DNA of 64,000 bases from Lama guanicoe. Its lineage: Eukaryota. Position 1 is the first letter of the stretch. Each line of letters opens with the position of its first letter. The notes under the pieces were generated by a model. It did no database searches, was not told where the DNA came from, and was given only the letters and a program-made list of their open reading frames with translations. The translations under genes and the position numbers were made by a program. Where the stretch lies: the NCBI GenBank assembly GCA_013239625.1, contig MU053881.1, positions 8,825,957 through 8,889,956 of the forward strand. Reading direction: 5' to 3'. Shown here piece after piece: positions 1 through 12,622 of this stretch.

Positions 1-49
1 AAGACATGTCCTCTTTCTAAAGGTGGTAAGAATAGGGCAGACTCTGAAT

Positions 50-402
50 CAGGGAGTGGCGAATCTGAGTACGCGCCAGGCAGGAGACTGAAGTGGGCCA
101 GTTGTGGACTGGGGTGAACTGGAGAGGGTGGGGAGACCCCCTACTCGTATCCAGGCTCATGTGGCCGTGCAGGGATGAGGGCTCAAGGCAGCCCACCTTC
201 TAGTTTTTCTAGGAAAGTGAAAGATCTTCACTTTTTGATAGAATTTCCTGCTTTTTTTTTAATGTAGGCAATTAAAAAATGTGTTTTTGTGTATGTGATA
301 TATATAGAGAGATCTGCACATGTAAATATGTATACTTTTCTAAATGAGACTCAACAAAACACACCTGTGAGCCCTCTCTGATCAGTAGGTTGATACCATC
401 TG
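50..402. mobile_element. hAT-Charlie DNA transposon relic, MER102-like
   Basis: Ordered similarity to recalled MER102 consensus (cagggagtggcgaa..., gaactggagag, tttttaatgtaggcaa, caacaaaacacacctgtgagcc...ccatctg); diverged. Confidence 0.55.
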
Positions 403-3400
403 TCCTCTGAGAGGCGAACCCTGAAGACTGCATCTCTGGAGAATGTCAGGGTTGATGTTTTCAAACCGTGACCCTTACTCCAAGTGGCATCCTGTTTTCT
501 AATCTTGAAATCCTCTGTCCTTGCAGGAAAAACGGACAAAGGAGAACTACACCTCTGTGCATGTTTCCCGGTAAATATGAGCACGGATGACAATTCCACA
601 CACGGTTTTCCTAGCAACCCGTTCTCCGCCTCCAAGATGAAATAGTTTAAGCATAATGAAAACGAAAAGTCGTTCACACTGCAACGTAAGCCTATAATTT
701 GGTCTTAATGGCTGCTGAAACATGACTTTTAATTTGTGTCCTTTGAGAAAGTTTTTTTTTTTCTTCCCCCGAAGCCTCCAGTCGGGGTTGGCAGCTCACC
801 AGGTGACCGCTGAGCCTTGTCATTTTGGCCCCTGCCAACTTTTAAAATCCTCAGCCCCTGCTGTCCTGGCTTGAAGAAGTTGGCTCAAGTCATTTAAACA
901 AGCAATTTGACACAAATTTCAACGACTTGTCTCCTTATGTGGCCGAGCTACATCTCCAAAAGGTATAATCTACGTTCCGCGGCTGTGGGGAAGCCTGTAG
1001 AAACGTTCCGACAAGAAAGACAACATGTCAAGAAGATACCAGGTTTGGAGAACATCACAGCTGTCGGAAACAGGACAGAAAAATACGGAGGAAAGTGGTT
1101 CCTGGAAGCTGGTGTCTCTGGGCTGAAATGACTTAGGGGATTTTTTCTTTTTCTTTCTTTCTTTTTTTTTTTGTGTGTGTGTGTGTATACAGAGAAAGAT
1201 GACTAAAACTAAAACCCAGTGGGAAACGCCTTGGGACATGCATATAGATTTTTAAATCGCGTCCTCCAAATGAACCTGTAATTCGTATTTTCCATTCTGC
1301 ACCCAGTGACATTTTAAATACATCGTTGAGGGAGTCTCATTGCTGGAACAGGCTATTATATTTTCCGGCATTGTTGTCTGCCTTGTAATGTATTATTACA
1401 TAGTTATTTAGCATTTGTCTGCCTCGTATTAGTGGAAGGAGGTGCGGAAAGGGGGTGAAATGATGCAATAATGATCCTTCAGAGATACTATCCAAGCCCC
1501 TCACACAAGGTTAATGAATTCTCATGCCTTCCTTTCTCGCCCCCTCCACTCCCATCCAAGCAGTGTCATTATTCTCCATTAGTCAGGTAATTATGAGACT
1601 TGCCTGGGGAAGGCAAGATGAATCAGTGTACAAGGGAGGACCCACCCCCCCCAGCCCCAGGCCCGAACTTTCCATCTCCCTCGGCCCCCTGCCCCCACCG
1701 CCCTCTGCCCTCTCCCAGCTCTCCAGACCACACACCCTCCCCAAAGTACAAAGAGGTCATGGAAGGGATTTAATTCACCAAATGAGATAACCAGGACCCT
1801 CCTGCTTCCTCGTCTATTCGCCCTGAGCTGAGATTTCTCTGCCTTCTCCAGCCTGGGTGGTCCTTCTCTGCCCACTGGTGTTCCGTGTGGGTGTCCTTCC
1901 GCTGGCACATCCAGGGGAGGTTCCTGGGGCGGGGGGGGGAAAAAATACTTCATTCTCCACTCACCCTGCCCTCCTATAAAGCAACACGCTCTTTCCCTGC
2001 GCAACAATCAAATGACTGAGGGCAACAGCAAGGAAAGCCACCCCCATCCTCGGTGTCGAACGATGCTCTCCTAAGACTGTTGCTCATTTCCTCTCTGGCA
2101 CTGATGGTAATTTGCTCATGTATCTGCCTATCCCAAACGCAAACGTTTCAGCTAGGTAGAGGAGCTAGAAGGAAGAGACAATGACAACACGGAGAGGTAA
2201 CGCTGCCCCTGGGGTGAACTCAGTGATGCGGGAGCATCCAGGAAAGGCATGGGGTTAGGAGATAATAAAGAACTGGGTTCTTCCTGAAACATGGATTTTT
2301 TTTTTGTAATTATATAACTGAGAATTTAGAATGACATCCTCCAAGTGTCAAAAGCTCAAATTTTGAAAACAAACAAAGATCTGGGTTCGAGGGTCAGGGC
2401 TGTACCTTTCGGGTTGTGCGAACCTGGGCCTGAGACCTCATGTCTTTCATTGTCAGCGTACGCATCTGCTAAATGCTGAAAGTAGCCGAAAGTACCCGTC
2501 GGGCAGCTGTGAAGGTTAGAGTGGCAGGATGAATGCAAAATGCTAAACACGCTACCCGATGGCAGGCAAGTTCCCCCAAACCACGTGCACGGCACATTGC
2601 TTCGGAATGAAAGGATGGATGAAGACAGACATGCAGCTCTCGAGGAGCCCCGACTTGAGGAGAGGGCGTAAACCCAGAGCTCATCTCTCTAGGGCAGGAG
2701 TGACGAACCGGCAACCCCTAAGCTGAGTATTACCCAAAATTCAAAGTCAAGATTTTGAACGATGTTCCAAGACTTCTGACTTCCCTTGAAAACGAAACCA
2801 AACTGAAGGTACAGAGTCTGTATCCAACAACTGGATAGAGCTGAATGCCGTTGGGTGATTCTTGTTTGTTTATTTTGCCATCAACCCGAACAACCCGTTA
2901 CCTTAATCTGGCTGGACGCGTGCATTTCTGTTACCGGCTGGTAGGCATTTACATTTGTGACTGCCGGCTTCACCCGGGCTCCTTAGCATTCTGCGTGGGG
3001 AACGTGCCTTTCATACAACACCACCTCTGCTACAGCTAACGATCTCGAGCACTTTTTGTGCTGATTACTTTTTTGTTACAGTCATCCGAAGTGCGTGCTG
3101 GATGTGATGGTGTTCTATTTCAAAAATGCAGGCAGTGGCCAGCAACGCGCTTTACTGCTTTCCAAGAAGCTCAATTACATGAAAAAGCCATTCTCCAAGG
3201 CAGCTGTTGTCTTCAGTCTATGGTGAACCAAAAATGAATCTGTCAGCTTGATGAGGGAACCTTCACATCCGCACGGAGTGCCACGCATTTACTGGGCTTA
3301 ATTCACGTGCACGTTATTAATGGCTCTCCTGTTACATAAATATGAAGTCACCTAGTAATGTAATTGAGCCACAAATAACTATGTCACCTAAATGCTTACA

Positions 3401-4609
3401 TGGTACCAACCTAATAAATATGCTATTAGCAGGCAAATGGCAACTGTCGTTAAAATTGCGCCGCTAACCTATCATATTGCATCTGATGGATCTTGAGTCG
3501 AGAACCCGGAATTCGTTCTTAGGTGCCGTGTGGCTTTTAGTCCTAGGAAGGAGGGGCTGCCTACTGGTTCTTTGTTAAAACCTACGGAGGGACAGATAGG
3601 ACTCCGAGCAAAGGTCAGTTAATGGATGGAGAAGATGCTTCTTGTGTACTTAAAATTTAAGTGCTTGACGGAGGGCTTCACCTGTCCTGTTGGCTTACTT
3701 GGACTTGTTGGCACGAGTGGTCTATGCTTCTGAGTATTTTAGATTTGCTATGGGACAGCTGCCAGCAATTCTGAGCCCGACAGGAATGCCATTGACATAT
3801 TCTGTCCTTCCTAAATGCCTCCTGATGGACAGTGGAGTCTTAAGAAAAAGAATGCAGGGCTTCTTTGTCGGGTACCAAGATCGAGTCCAACAAAGTTGTG
3901 TGGGGACTGCAAACTCTTGGAGTATCAGCTCTTGTGCTGACTAGACTGGTGGTTTTCTGAGAGCATGTGGGAACCAGCAACACCCACATTTTAAATCACG
4001 CATAAAGGAAGAATTTTCTTGGGCACTAAGGAAGTCAGTTCATAATAACTGGCTATTGTTGTTGGACTCTTCCTAAACAAACAGCTGGGGGAGGCATTTA
4101 GGCTGGGTCTACCCTTGCCAAGCAGGGTGTTAATGAGAGCAGAGAGGCAGGAATAAACTCAGAGAGCTTGGTCTTGCCTTAGAGTCCACACCAATTATTC
4201 TGGGTAATTAAGAATGATGATAAAATGTGTGAAAGACAAAACAGAGGTAGAGGCCTGCCTAACGGCCAACAATTCACTCGTTCTTGGAGGCAGCATGCCA
4301 GTTGTTAGGCTTTGAGAAGTTCAACCCTTCAGATCCCAAGATAATGAATTAACCACAAACTCTCCACCTTCTGAACCCCGTCTTTGGAGCAAGTTACGTC
4401 CTGACGGCAATCTGAAGATGCCAGAAGGGGGGATGATGGGACACAGATCCTGGAGTCTGTGGGGGATGAAAACTGGCCCCAGGAAGCCCTGTTCAAATTG
4501 AACCTTGAACGGGAGCCAGAGGGAGTCGGAGGTGAGGATTTTCAAGAATAACAGCCTCTGGTTAGAACGAAGGTGAGTGGAGGCTACTGCAGATGGTCAG
4601 GCTGGTGGT

Positions 4610-4770
4610 TGGCCTGGAAAGTTACATATTTCTTTCTGAGTCTGTTTCTTTATCTGTAAAATGGGTACAGTAATTTTATTTCTTTCATATGGTTTGTTGG
4701 AGGGGGGACTCAAATGAGACTATGAGGAACCTAGCACAATTCTTGGCACAGAGTAAGCTATTAATACCTA
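4610..4770 (+). mobile_element. MIR SINE
   Basis: MIR core ctgagtctgtttctttatctgtaaaatggg followed by aaatgaga...tagcacaattcttggcacagagtaagct. Confidence 0.75.
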
Positions 4771-5149
4771 TGATCATATATTATTTTGTGTTAGAATTAA
4801 TAATACGAATAACAGTATTAACAGTAGCAGTAACCGTGGCTCCGGCGGATGTGCTGTGTACCTCCTGGGGCACTCCAGCTTTCCTAGCATGCTGAGGTGG
4901 CAGCTTTCAGAGGGAGGTATCAAATTAACATATGGACCCCAAATCACCAACCTTGGACCCCCTCCACCTTCAAATTCTGTCTGCAGAAGAGCAGAGTGAC
5001 TGAGTGACACGGCACAGGCATTAACACAGGCAGTCTCAGGAGCATCTCTCTAAGAGCCTGCAGACGTGGAACTTGGGATTCAGAACGGTCCCATTTCCAT
5101 AAACAAAACAATTAATGTCAATGGCAACAAAACAATAACATTGACAACA

Positions 5150-5360
5150 GACAATATGAACTGAGCTCTGCCCGTGCGTCTGTTCCTGTGCTCAGTGCCA
5201 TACCTAAATTATTTCTATGTATTCTCACTCCTGTGGGATGTGTTCTCCAACCATCCCCGTTTTACGGATCCTGCAAGTGAGGCTCAGAGAGGTCAAGTAG
5301 CGTGCCAAAGGCCACACAGCTCAATAAGTGGCAGAGCTGGTATTTGACCCCAGGCTCTCT
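5150..5360 (-). mobile_element. MIR SINE
   Basis: Antisense MIR core ccccgttttacgga...gaggctcagagaggtcaagtagcgtgccaaaggccacacagct...ggcagagctggtatttgacccca. Confidence 0.8.
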
Positions 5361-6509
5361 TCCCCGCTCTGCAAAGGAGCATGAGGCCCCTGAGGGCACT
5401 CACACAGGGAGGGGACCAGGATCCCTGCCCCGGTGTATGCACGTCCTGGCAAACACAGAGGGAAACTGGCTTGATGCATTTCTTTGCACATTTGCTTAAA
5501 TCGCAGAACCGAATAAAGTGGAGGGAATGGCCCACCTCCAAGCTCCATGCCTTACGGTGCCGCCTCAGTCAGGAGAAACAGGCCAGAACAGCCGAACCGC
5601 GGTGCCGTCTCTTTTCTGGGTCTGCCCCAAAGGCCCCACCTCCACAAACTTGCTCCTCTGTGCCGCATCCCCAGCTCCCACAACCAATGGGAGGAGGATG
5701 AGCAGCAATTAGGCCTGTTGGAGGCAGAAACAAGGGCACGCCGGTCCCAGCTCGCGTGTCCTGCCAGCTCAGACTGCACGTACTTTGCCAACAGCGCCGG
5801 TGTGAGGGGATGGAGGTGGGTCCAGACCCGGCCACCTCCCACATCTGGAGAGAGGTTGACTTATTTGTCTCTCAGTGTTGGACACTTCAGATGTTCAACT
5901 TGCACCCTCCTTCCCTGTCCTTAAAATCTACTGAATGATTTGTCCCTGAAAGAATGGACTTTTTAAATTTATTACTGACCTGCGTGTGGCATTGCTGGCC
6001 TGGCAGGATGGTTGACTGATCTGCAGTATTTCTTGGATCTGGCTGTTACTGGAGCAAGCCGCAGCTGCGCCTTTCTCCACATTTCAGAACAGGGGAGAAA
6101 AAAGAAGGAAGGCTGAAGGAGACAGCCAGGTTGTGCCCTTCTTCTCATCTCCAGGCAGGCACGCCGAGGTGGCTCTGGCCAGTGCCTGTGTTCTGGAGAA
6201 GGGACCTGTCCTTCCTGGAAAGGCCCCATTCAGCCTGACCAGAGCATCAGAGAAGGGAAGGACGGTGTTTACCCGTAAGGAATGATTTGTAGTGCTCTTA
6301 CTTACACAGAATGGATGATCTCAGAGAAAAAAAAAACCTCCCGAGCACCTTCACAATGACACGGGGCAACATCGCACGGCAGAAGCGCCGGACTGCAGTC
6401 TTAAGGAGCGACCATTTGCAGGCTTAGAAACCAGTTTTATCATCCCTACCTACACTTATAAATAACCAGGGTTTAGAAGGACGTCTTAGCTCATCTAAGA
6501 ATGACCGCT

Positions 6510-6645
6510 CCCATTTAATAAGCACCAGCTATGTGATAAGCGCTCTGTACATTTCACCTTATTTAACACTTAAAATAACCTTCAGGGTAGATACGGCTCT
6601 CCATGTTAGACATGCAGAAGCTGGGGGGCAGGGATGTTAAGTGAT
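6510..6645 (-). mobile_element. MIR fragment
   Basis: catttaataagcacc...ttatttaa...aataacc...ccatgttagacatgcagaagctg...gttaagtga. Confidence 0.55.
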
Positions 6646-6739
6646 GTAAGTTTCCCTCCGCATATTTTGTATTTAGCTGTATTACATCTGGGCGCCTTTC
6701 CAGTGCACGCAGGGCACAGCTCTTTCATAACCCTTGGCG

Positions 6740-6915
6740 CATGGTTTTATATTATTTTTGGACTCTCCTGTGTTCCCCACTAGATTGGGAACTCCTCCGA
6801 TGCAAGGAGCCTGTCTCTTTTGCTTTCATATGCCCAGCACGAGGCTATGGTGCCTGGCACAGAAGCATCACAGAATGAAGGAATGAACACATACAGGAAC
6901 GAGTGAACAAATGAA
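6740..6915 (+). mobile_element. L2 LINE 3' end
   Basis: cccactagattgggaactcc...cccagcac...gtgcctggcacag...gaatgaaggaatgaa tail typical of L2. Confidence 0.65.
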
Positions 6916-7159
6916 CAGCTCATGTCCCTGGAGGGTTATGTTTGGAGAGCCTCGGCAGAGAGGGGTCAGAGGAGATTTCTGCCTCTGTTCTTCGAGCATC
7001 CCAGCTGAACGTTCTTTGAGTATTCTGGTTCCTTCTGTGAATTCGTATTGCCCTCAGAGAGTCCTTCCAAAGGAGAGAGCCAGACGCAGGGGAAAGGTGA
7101 CTTCAGTCCCCTCTGTTTTCACCTGGTTGTTTTCTCCTGATAGCTTATTCTTTTTATTG

Positions 7160-7412
7160 TTATTAATAAAATAACTTTACCAAGATAGAACAAAATTCAG
7201 ATCTTTAAAGTGTACATTTTAGTATTTCTAAAGTACATGGAGCAAGATGTGCAACCATCATTACTACCTAATTTTAGAAGATTTCTGTCACCTCCCCCCC
7301 CCGCCCCCCAAGAAAACCCCACACCCATTGGCAGTTACCCTCCAGTCCCCCTAGGAATCGGCTTTCTGTTTCTATGAATTTGCCTATTCTGGACATTTCA
7401 CGTAAATGGTGA
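7160..7412 (-). mobile_element. Old L1 (L1MB/MC-like) 3' end
   Basis: tttaaagtgtaca...gtgcaaccatca...ctaattttagaa...ctttctgtttctatgaatttgcctattctggacatttcacgtaaatgg. Confidence 0.8.
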
Positions 7413-9069
7413 TTCCCTCTGTTTTGTTTTGTTTTTTTAATACAAGGTCTGTCTGTTGCAGAGCCCTGTTGGAACCAATCAAAGTTAGATCTCAGATGGG
7501 GCGCACTTCAAACCACTTAAGAGTATCTTTCCCTGGCAGCCCGAAGCTAGTCCTCCACAGGAGCTTTTTGGCTGGGACCCCGCTGTTGTTGGTATTTTTC
7601 AGGTGGAGATTGTTAGGTGATGGGCATTTGAGAGCCAATTGTATACTTGAGGGTCCGAGGGGGATCCTGGAATTTTTTCCAGTGCTTCAGGCAAGGCTGT
7701 AATCACAGCAGAGAGCCATTTCTGCTCAGCTAAAATGCAGCGATGCACAGGCAGGGACTCCTGGGGAAAGGACGAAAGGGGGAGGGAACTCTTGAATCGG
7801 GTGCCAAACCAGCAGCTGCCCTTGAATTACAAGCTTAACAGCACTTGTCGGTTTGGGACCATCCCGCCCGAACAGGGCAAGTTCTCACCTACGATGGGTC
7901 AGAGAGGGATCTGAATCACAGGCGCCCCATCATTTTACCAGACCCCCGTGCTCACTCCTTGCTTTCTTAAATCATCAGGAAAGTATCACTTGAGATCTAT
8001 GTCAAGTCCATTAGCTACTTTTCAAGTGACAAAGACCAAAAAAAAAAAAAAAGACCACTTGAAATATTTGAGAGAAACCCTTCTAAAGAGAAGATTTTAT
8101 TGCAAAGTTATATCTGAGCAGTGCCTATCTGAGCATTTCAATAAATCTACATTACCCTAGGTATTTTGGCATCCTCTGGGAGAGGAAAGCCTATCAGTGG
8201 AAAGTAATGATTTTGGGTTTTTCAATTGCCCTAAGGATCCTGACAATGCTATTAAGACCCATGCTCTCCCTGTCGAGAAGTTTAGGAGTGAAATTATTAA
8301 TACGCCCAGACGTTATGTTGATTGTCGCGCTGTAGCAGAAAATACTCTCTCTGTTATTTGAGCTGCATTATCACTTTCCCAAGCAGAGAATTGCATCAAA
8401 AATTTAAACTCCTCTCATTCCAGCTCACCGCATAGCTTTTCAAGGTCTTATTGTAAAATTGGCTGGGCATAATTTGGATATCTCCCTACCCATGAAAGAT
8501 AATATGTTTTTCAAAGACCAGACTATTTTTTTTTGAAAAATAAAAATCACAGTGGAATTTTCTTCCATCAAGATGTCATTCTTTAGCTCTTTAACTAGGT
8601 TTTCCTTGGGGTGTATTTCATTCCTCTTTTTTTCCTTTGAGATGGTCACAGTTCTTTCCCCTGAACACAGGGAGAGAGGATCCAAACAAAGATAAAATAT
8701 GATTCTGATTTCGGATCAAGCCTCTAACAGAATGATGGGGACAAGCTCTGATCTACGCCATTCATTAATACTAAGAGCGACTGAAGCACACCAGTTAAAT
8801 GGCAAGGACAGGATAAAGGTTCCTAGAGCATTTTCACTTCAAAGCTCAGCAGAATTATTTACTATCTGGGTGACCTTTTCCCCAAATCTCTCATGGTACG
8901 CACCTCATAGGGCAAGGGAACAAAAGTTTCTCCATACTATATAAACAGAAGTCTGCTGAATGTCAGACCTTGAACTGCATCTGGTTTCATGTCAAGTGAC
9001 AGCTGATGCAATGGGACGTACAGGGCATACTGCTGGAGACATTTTCAGGAGATTCTTTCTGCTTTCAAA

Positions 9070-9071
<2 letters not shown>

Positions 9072-9104
<33 letters not shown>
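9072..9104. repeat. (CA)n microsatellite, about 16 units
   Basis: Directly visible perfect dinucleotide run. Confidence 0.95.
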
Positions 9105-9106
<2 letters not shown>

Positions 9107-9599
9107 TGGACGAGTAAAGTAATTATCCCAGTGAAACAAACATCTGGGGGCTTCCTGAAGGGTTAAATGGTTTTTTTGTGCTAGCAGAGAGAGTGCCCTT
9201 TGGATTTTCTTTATGATTGTTTAGTGTTTTCTCTCAAAATTGTCTTGCAGTTGCTTTGCATCTCCTAACGAACAGTGGACCAGACAGTGCTCATGGTCCT
9301 TCTCATCACGTAGCACGGATGATGAGCAGGAACACGCAGGGCTGAGCAGGGAAAGATGAGAAAGTCCACCCCTCCTCTACCACCCAAGAGTTCTAGGATG
9401 CAAACAACTTTCAGGAAACACTGGGACCAACGGGAGGCCAGTGTGCCCTGCAGATCTGTTTTGTGGGAGAGGAGGTGTCAATGAGAGTAGAATCACCATC
9501 TCCCACTGTGCCCTCCTTGGAAAACAGGGTTTCTTTGTAGCCACGGCTCATCACGCCATTTCCAGGACTTTTACTCTTTTCAACATTGATTTCTCCAGT

Positions 9600-9785
9600 T
9601 TTGCCTGGGCAACTTCTGGAGTTCGACAGCCAGCCACTTAACCTGTCTGTGCCTCTGTTTCCGCATCCATAAGAGGTGGTTAATAACCATTCCTACTTGG
9701 TAAAGAGAGTTAAATGAGATAGTATGTTTAAAGTTAAAGTGCTTAGAGAATGTGTCACGATGAGGAAGTACTTAGGAAAGGTATT
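9600..9785 (+). mobile_element. MIR fragment
   Basis: cacttaacctgtctgtgcctctgtttccgcatccataa...taaatgagatagtatg...aaagtgcttag. Confidence 0.65.
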
Positions 9786-9939
9786 TGATTTTGCCTAAAC
9801 ACTCTCATTCTGTCTTGAGGTGGTAAAGAGAGAAGTGAAACAGATCCTGTGATTCAAAGATTATTTCAGTGACTTGGGAAACTTCCTGTTGCCAGATATT
9901 TTGGGGGCCAACAGCACCATTAAGATTTGGGGATCCTTG

Positions 9940-10512
9940 AGATAAGCCACACAGAGAAAGACAAACATCATATGATACCATGGAATCTAAGAAATGTTAT
10001 AGACGAACTTATCCACAAAACAGAAAGAGACTCACAGACATAGAAAACAAACTTATGGTTACTGGCGGTGGGGGGGGGGAGTGGAGGAGGGAGCGATAAA
10101 TCAGGAGTTTGGGATTAGCAGATACAAACTACGATATATAAAATAAACAAATTTCCACTGCACAGCACAGGGAACTATACTCAGTATCTTGTAGTCACCT
10201 ATAATGAAAAAGAACATGAAAAGGAATGTATGTATATACATGTATGACTGAAACATGAAGCTGTACACCAGAAATTGACACAACATTGTAAACTGGTTAC
10301 ACTTCAATTTAAAAAAATGGAGAAGAAAAAAAGAAAAAAAAAGAAGTTCCTACTGTATAGCACAGGGAACTATATTCAATATTTTATAATAACCTATAAT
10401 AGGAAAGAATCTGAAAAAGAATATATGTGTATATATATATCACTGAATCACTTTGCTGTGCCTGAAACTAAGACAACCTTGTCAATCAACTACACTTCAA
10501 TAAAAAAAAAAT
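9940..10512 (+). mobile_element. Composite L1 3' ends (cetartiodactyl/camelid type), two A-tails
   Basis: gagaaagacaaacatcatatgata...agactcacagacatagaaaacaaacttatggttac; the block agcacagggaactat...cacttcaat+polyA occurs twice (ending about 10343 and 10511). Confidence 0.9.
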
Positions 10513-11479
10513 TTAAAAGACTAAGAGAGCTTTTTTCCTACTTGAGAGTTATAGCAGCTCTAGGTCTTAAAACATGTCAAAATAATCAGTGCTCTCAATT
10601 TTCACCTTTTGAAACTTAAATACATTGAGATAAACCCATCTAGTGATGGGCACTTGGAAGGGCCTTAGAGTAGCTTTTTACTTCTTATTAACTCCTTTAT
10701 TCCCTATGAAAATCAGCGTTAGGAAAGCCTGGCTTTTCTTGAACTCTGGTGTTCCTGTGTAGTACCAGCCCCCATTTTGCATGAAAAGCCTGTGGTAAAA
10801 TCCAGACTTTGAAGTTCCTTTTGCCCAGACGCACGCAGAGGCCCAACAAGTTGCACCCTCACCACTATTCACCAGGGAACCCACGGAGGTCCCCCGTTAC
10901 TCACCCCCTTTAGATGGTGTAAGTCGTGAATTAGCAATTTGTTTCTCAGGCCTTCTTGGGTCACTGAAGCTTTCCAGTATTTCTCATCTCAAATGGGATC
11001 ATTCTTAATCCCATAATGTAGAGAGTGAGCCATTGCTCTCATGAAATAATCAGATTGGGTGGAGAAAATGATTTCCATTCCTAACGCTGGTTATCTGACA
11101 CCAACAGTGTGGCCAGGGAAGGCTTCTCAGTAAGATGCTATCTGATCAGAGACCTGAAGGAAACTGGGAGAGAGCCAATCCAGGGTCTGGGGGAACAAAC
11201 AGGCAGAGAAAAAGCAAGAACAAAGACATTTTAAATCTGAGGTGTGTGCAGGGATTGGCCAGATTATCCACCTCTTCCATTCAGCTTCAAGCCTGGTTCT
11301 CAAACAGAACACTGAAGTCAATAAGAAAGCCTCAAATCCTCCCTGGCTTCTGCCTGATCTGGGTCCAGCAGGCTTCTGCCTCAGGCCCCATGCACTTGCC
11401 ACGCCCTTGGCCTGTATCATTGGGGATATGGATGGTTGAGTGGCTCACTGTGTGTAGGTTTCAGTTAAGTTCACCTTTT

Positions 11480-11704
11480 AAGACATGTCTTCCTAAGATG
11501 ACCTCAGCAGTCATACCCTCCTTACATTGCTGCCTTTTCCTCTAAGACACTTATCATCTCATTTTAAAAAATTATCTTTTTGCACAAGAAAGGAAGCTCC
11601 TTGAAGTCAAGCATGCTGTTTTATTCTCTGCTGAATCCCTGGCTCCTGGAACACCTAGCAGATACAGCAAAGGGTTGCTGAATGAATGAATGAATGAATG
11701 AATG
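11480..11704 (+). mobile_element. L2 LINE 3' end
   Basis: aagctccttgaagtcaag...ctgctgaatccctggctcctggaaca...ttgctgaatgaatgaatgaatgaatgaatg tail. Confidence 0.75.
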
Positions 11705-11714
11705 ACATTTTGAG

Positions 11715-11862
11715 TGCTTTTAAAATTTGAGGGTTTGGGGGGTGAGGGGTAATTAGGTTTATTTTTAAATTTTATTTTATTTAATGGGGATCCTGAGGAT
11801 TGAACCCAGAACCTCATGCATGCTAAGCATGTGCTCCACCACTGAGCTATATCCTCCCTCCC
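11715..11862 (-). mobile_element. Camelid tRNA-derived SINE (vic-1-like)
   Basis: Minus strand reads ggagggaggatatagctcagtggtggagcacatgcttagcatgcatgaggttctgggttcaatcc (A and B boxes) plus AT-rich tail; 16-bp TSD tgaatgaca(t/c)tttgag at 11699-11714 and 11863-11878. Confidence 0.9.
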
Positions 11863-12389
11863 TGAATGACACTTTGAGAAGTAAGGGAAGAACAAAGGAG
11901 TCAAAAGAAGAGTCTACATTCTAACGGACACGAGAGTCTTTCAAAGGTGCTGTTGCTTGGTATTGTTTGAGACAAGTCTCAAGAGCTTGGACTGGACTAA
12001 AGTTTAAGAAAAAATTATGGTAGGCTTCCTGACCAAAACACAGCTCTATCTCACGCAAACTGTAGCAATTTTTTCTCTCCTGCAGCAACCCAAACGTGAC
12101 AACAGATGCCTTATACGCAGAAATCCCTACGGAAATAATGACGGCAGAGACCTCTGACATACCCCAAGTGGGAATAGACACACTTCACTTCCAAACTCCG
12201 ACTAACAGGATCTCTTGTGACCCTCCGGGCCACTGGAAAACGTTCACTTCCCGGCACGAATCCATTGTATTAAAGGATCCCTGCTCCAGGCCACTGACTC
12301 ACCTGAGCGGGGTAAATCCTGATTCATCTCTGGAGTCAGTGAGGCGAAAAGTAAATGAACGTGGCCAAGAAGAGGGATGGCGCTGCAGA

Positions 12390-12622
12390 GGATTTGCAAA
12401 TTTGCAGAGACTAACGACTATATATAAAATAGATAAACAACAGGTTTATACTGTATGGCACAGGGAACTATATTCAATACCTTGTAGCAACTTACGTTTA
12501 AAGAGAATATGAAAATGAATATATGTTGCTATAAGACTGAAGTACTGTGCTGCACACCTGAAATTGATGCAACACTGTAAAACTGACTAGACTTCAATTT
12601 AAAAAAGAAGAAACAAATTAAA
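12390..12622 (+). mobile_element. L1 3' end, camelid type, 5'-truncated
   Basis: tatataaaatagataaacaac...ggcacagggaactatattcaatac...gaaattgatgcaacactgtaaaactgactagacttcaat+A tail. Confidence 0.9.

Noticed and set aside
825-838. Full NFI palindrome ttggc...gccaa
   Set aside because: Spacer is 4 nt, not the required 5
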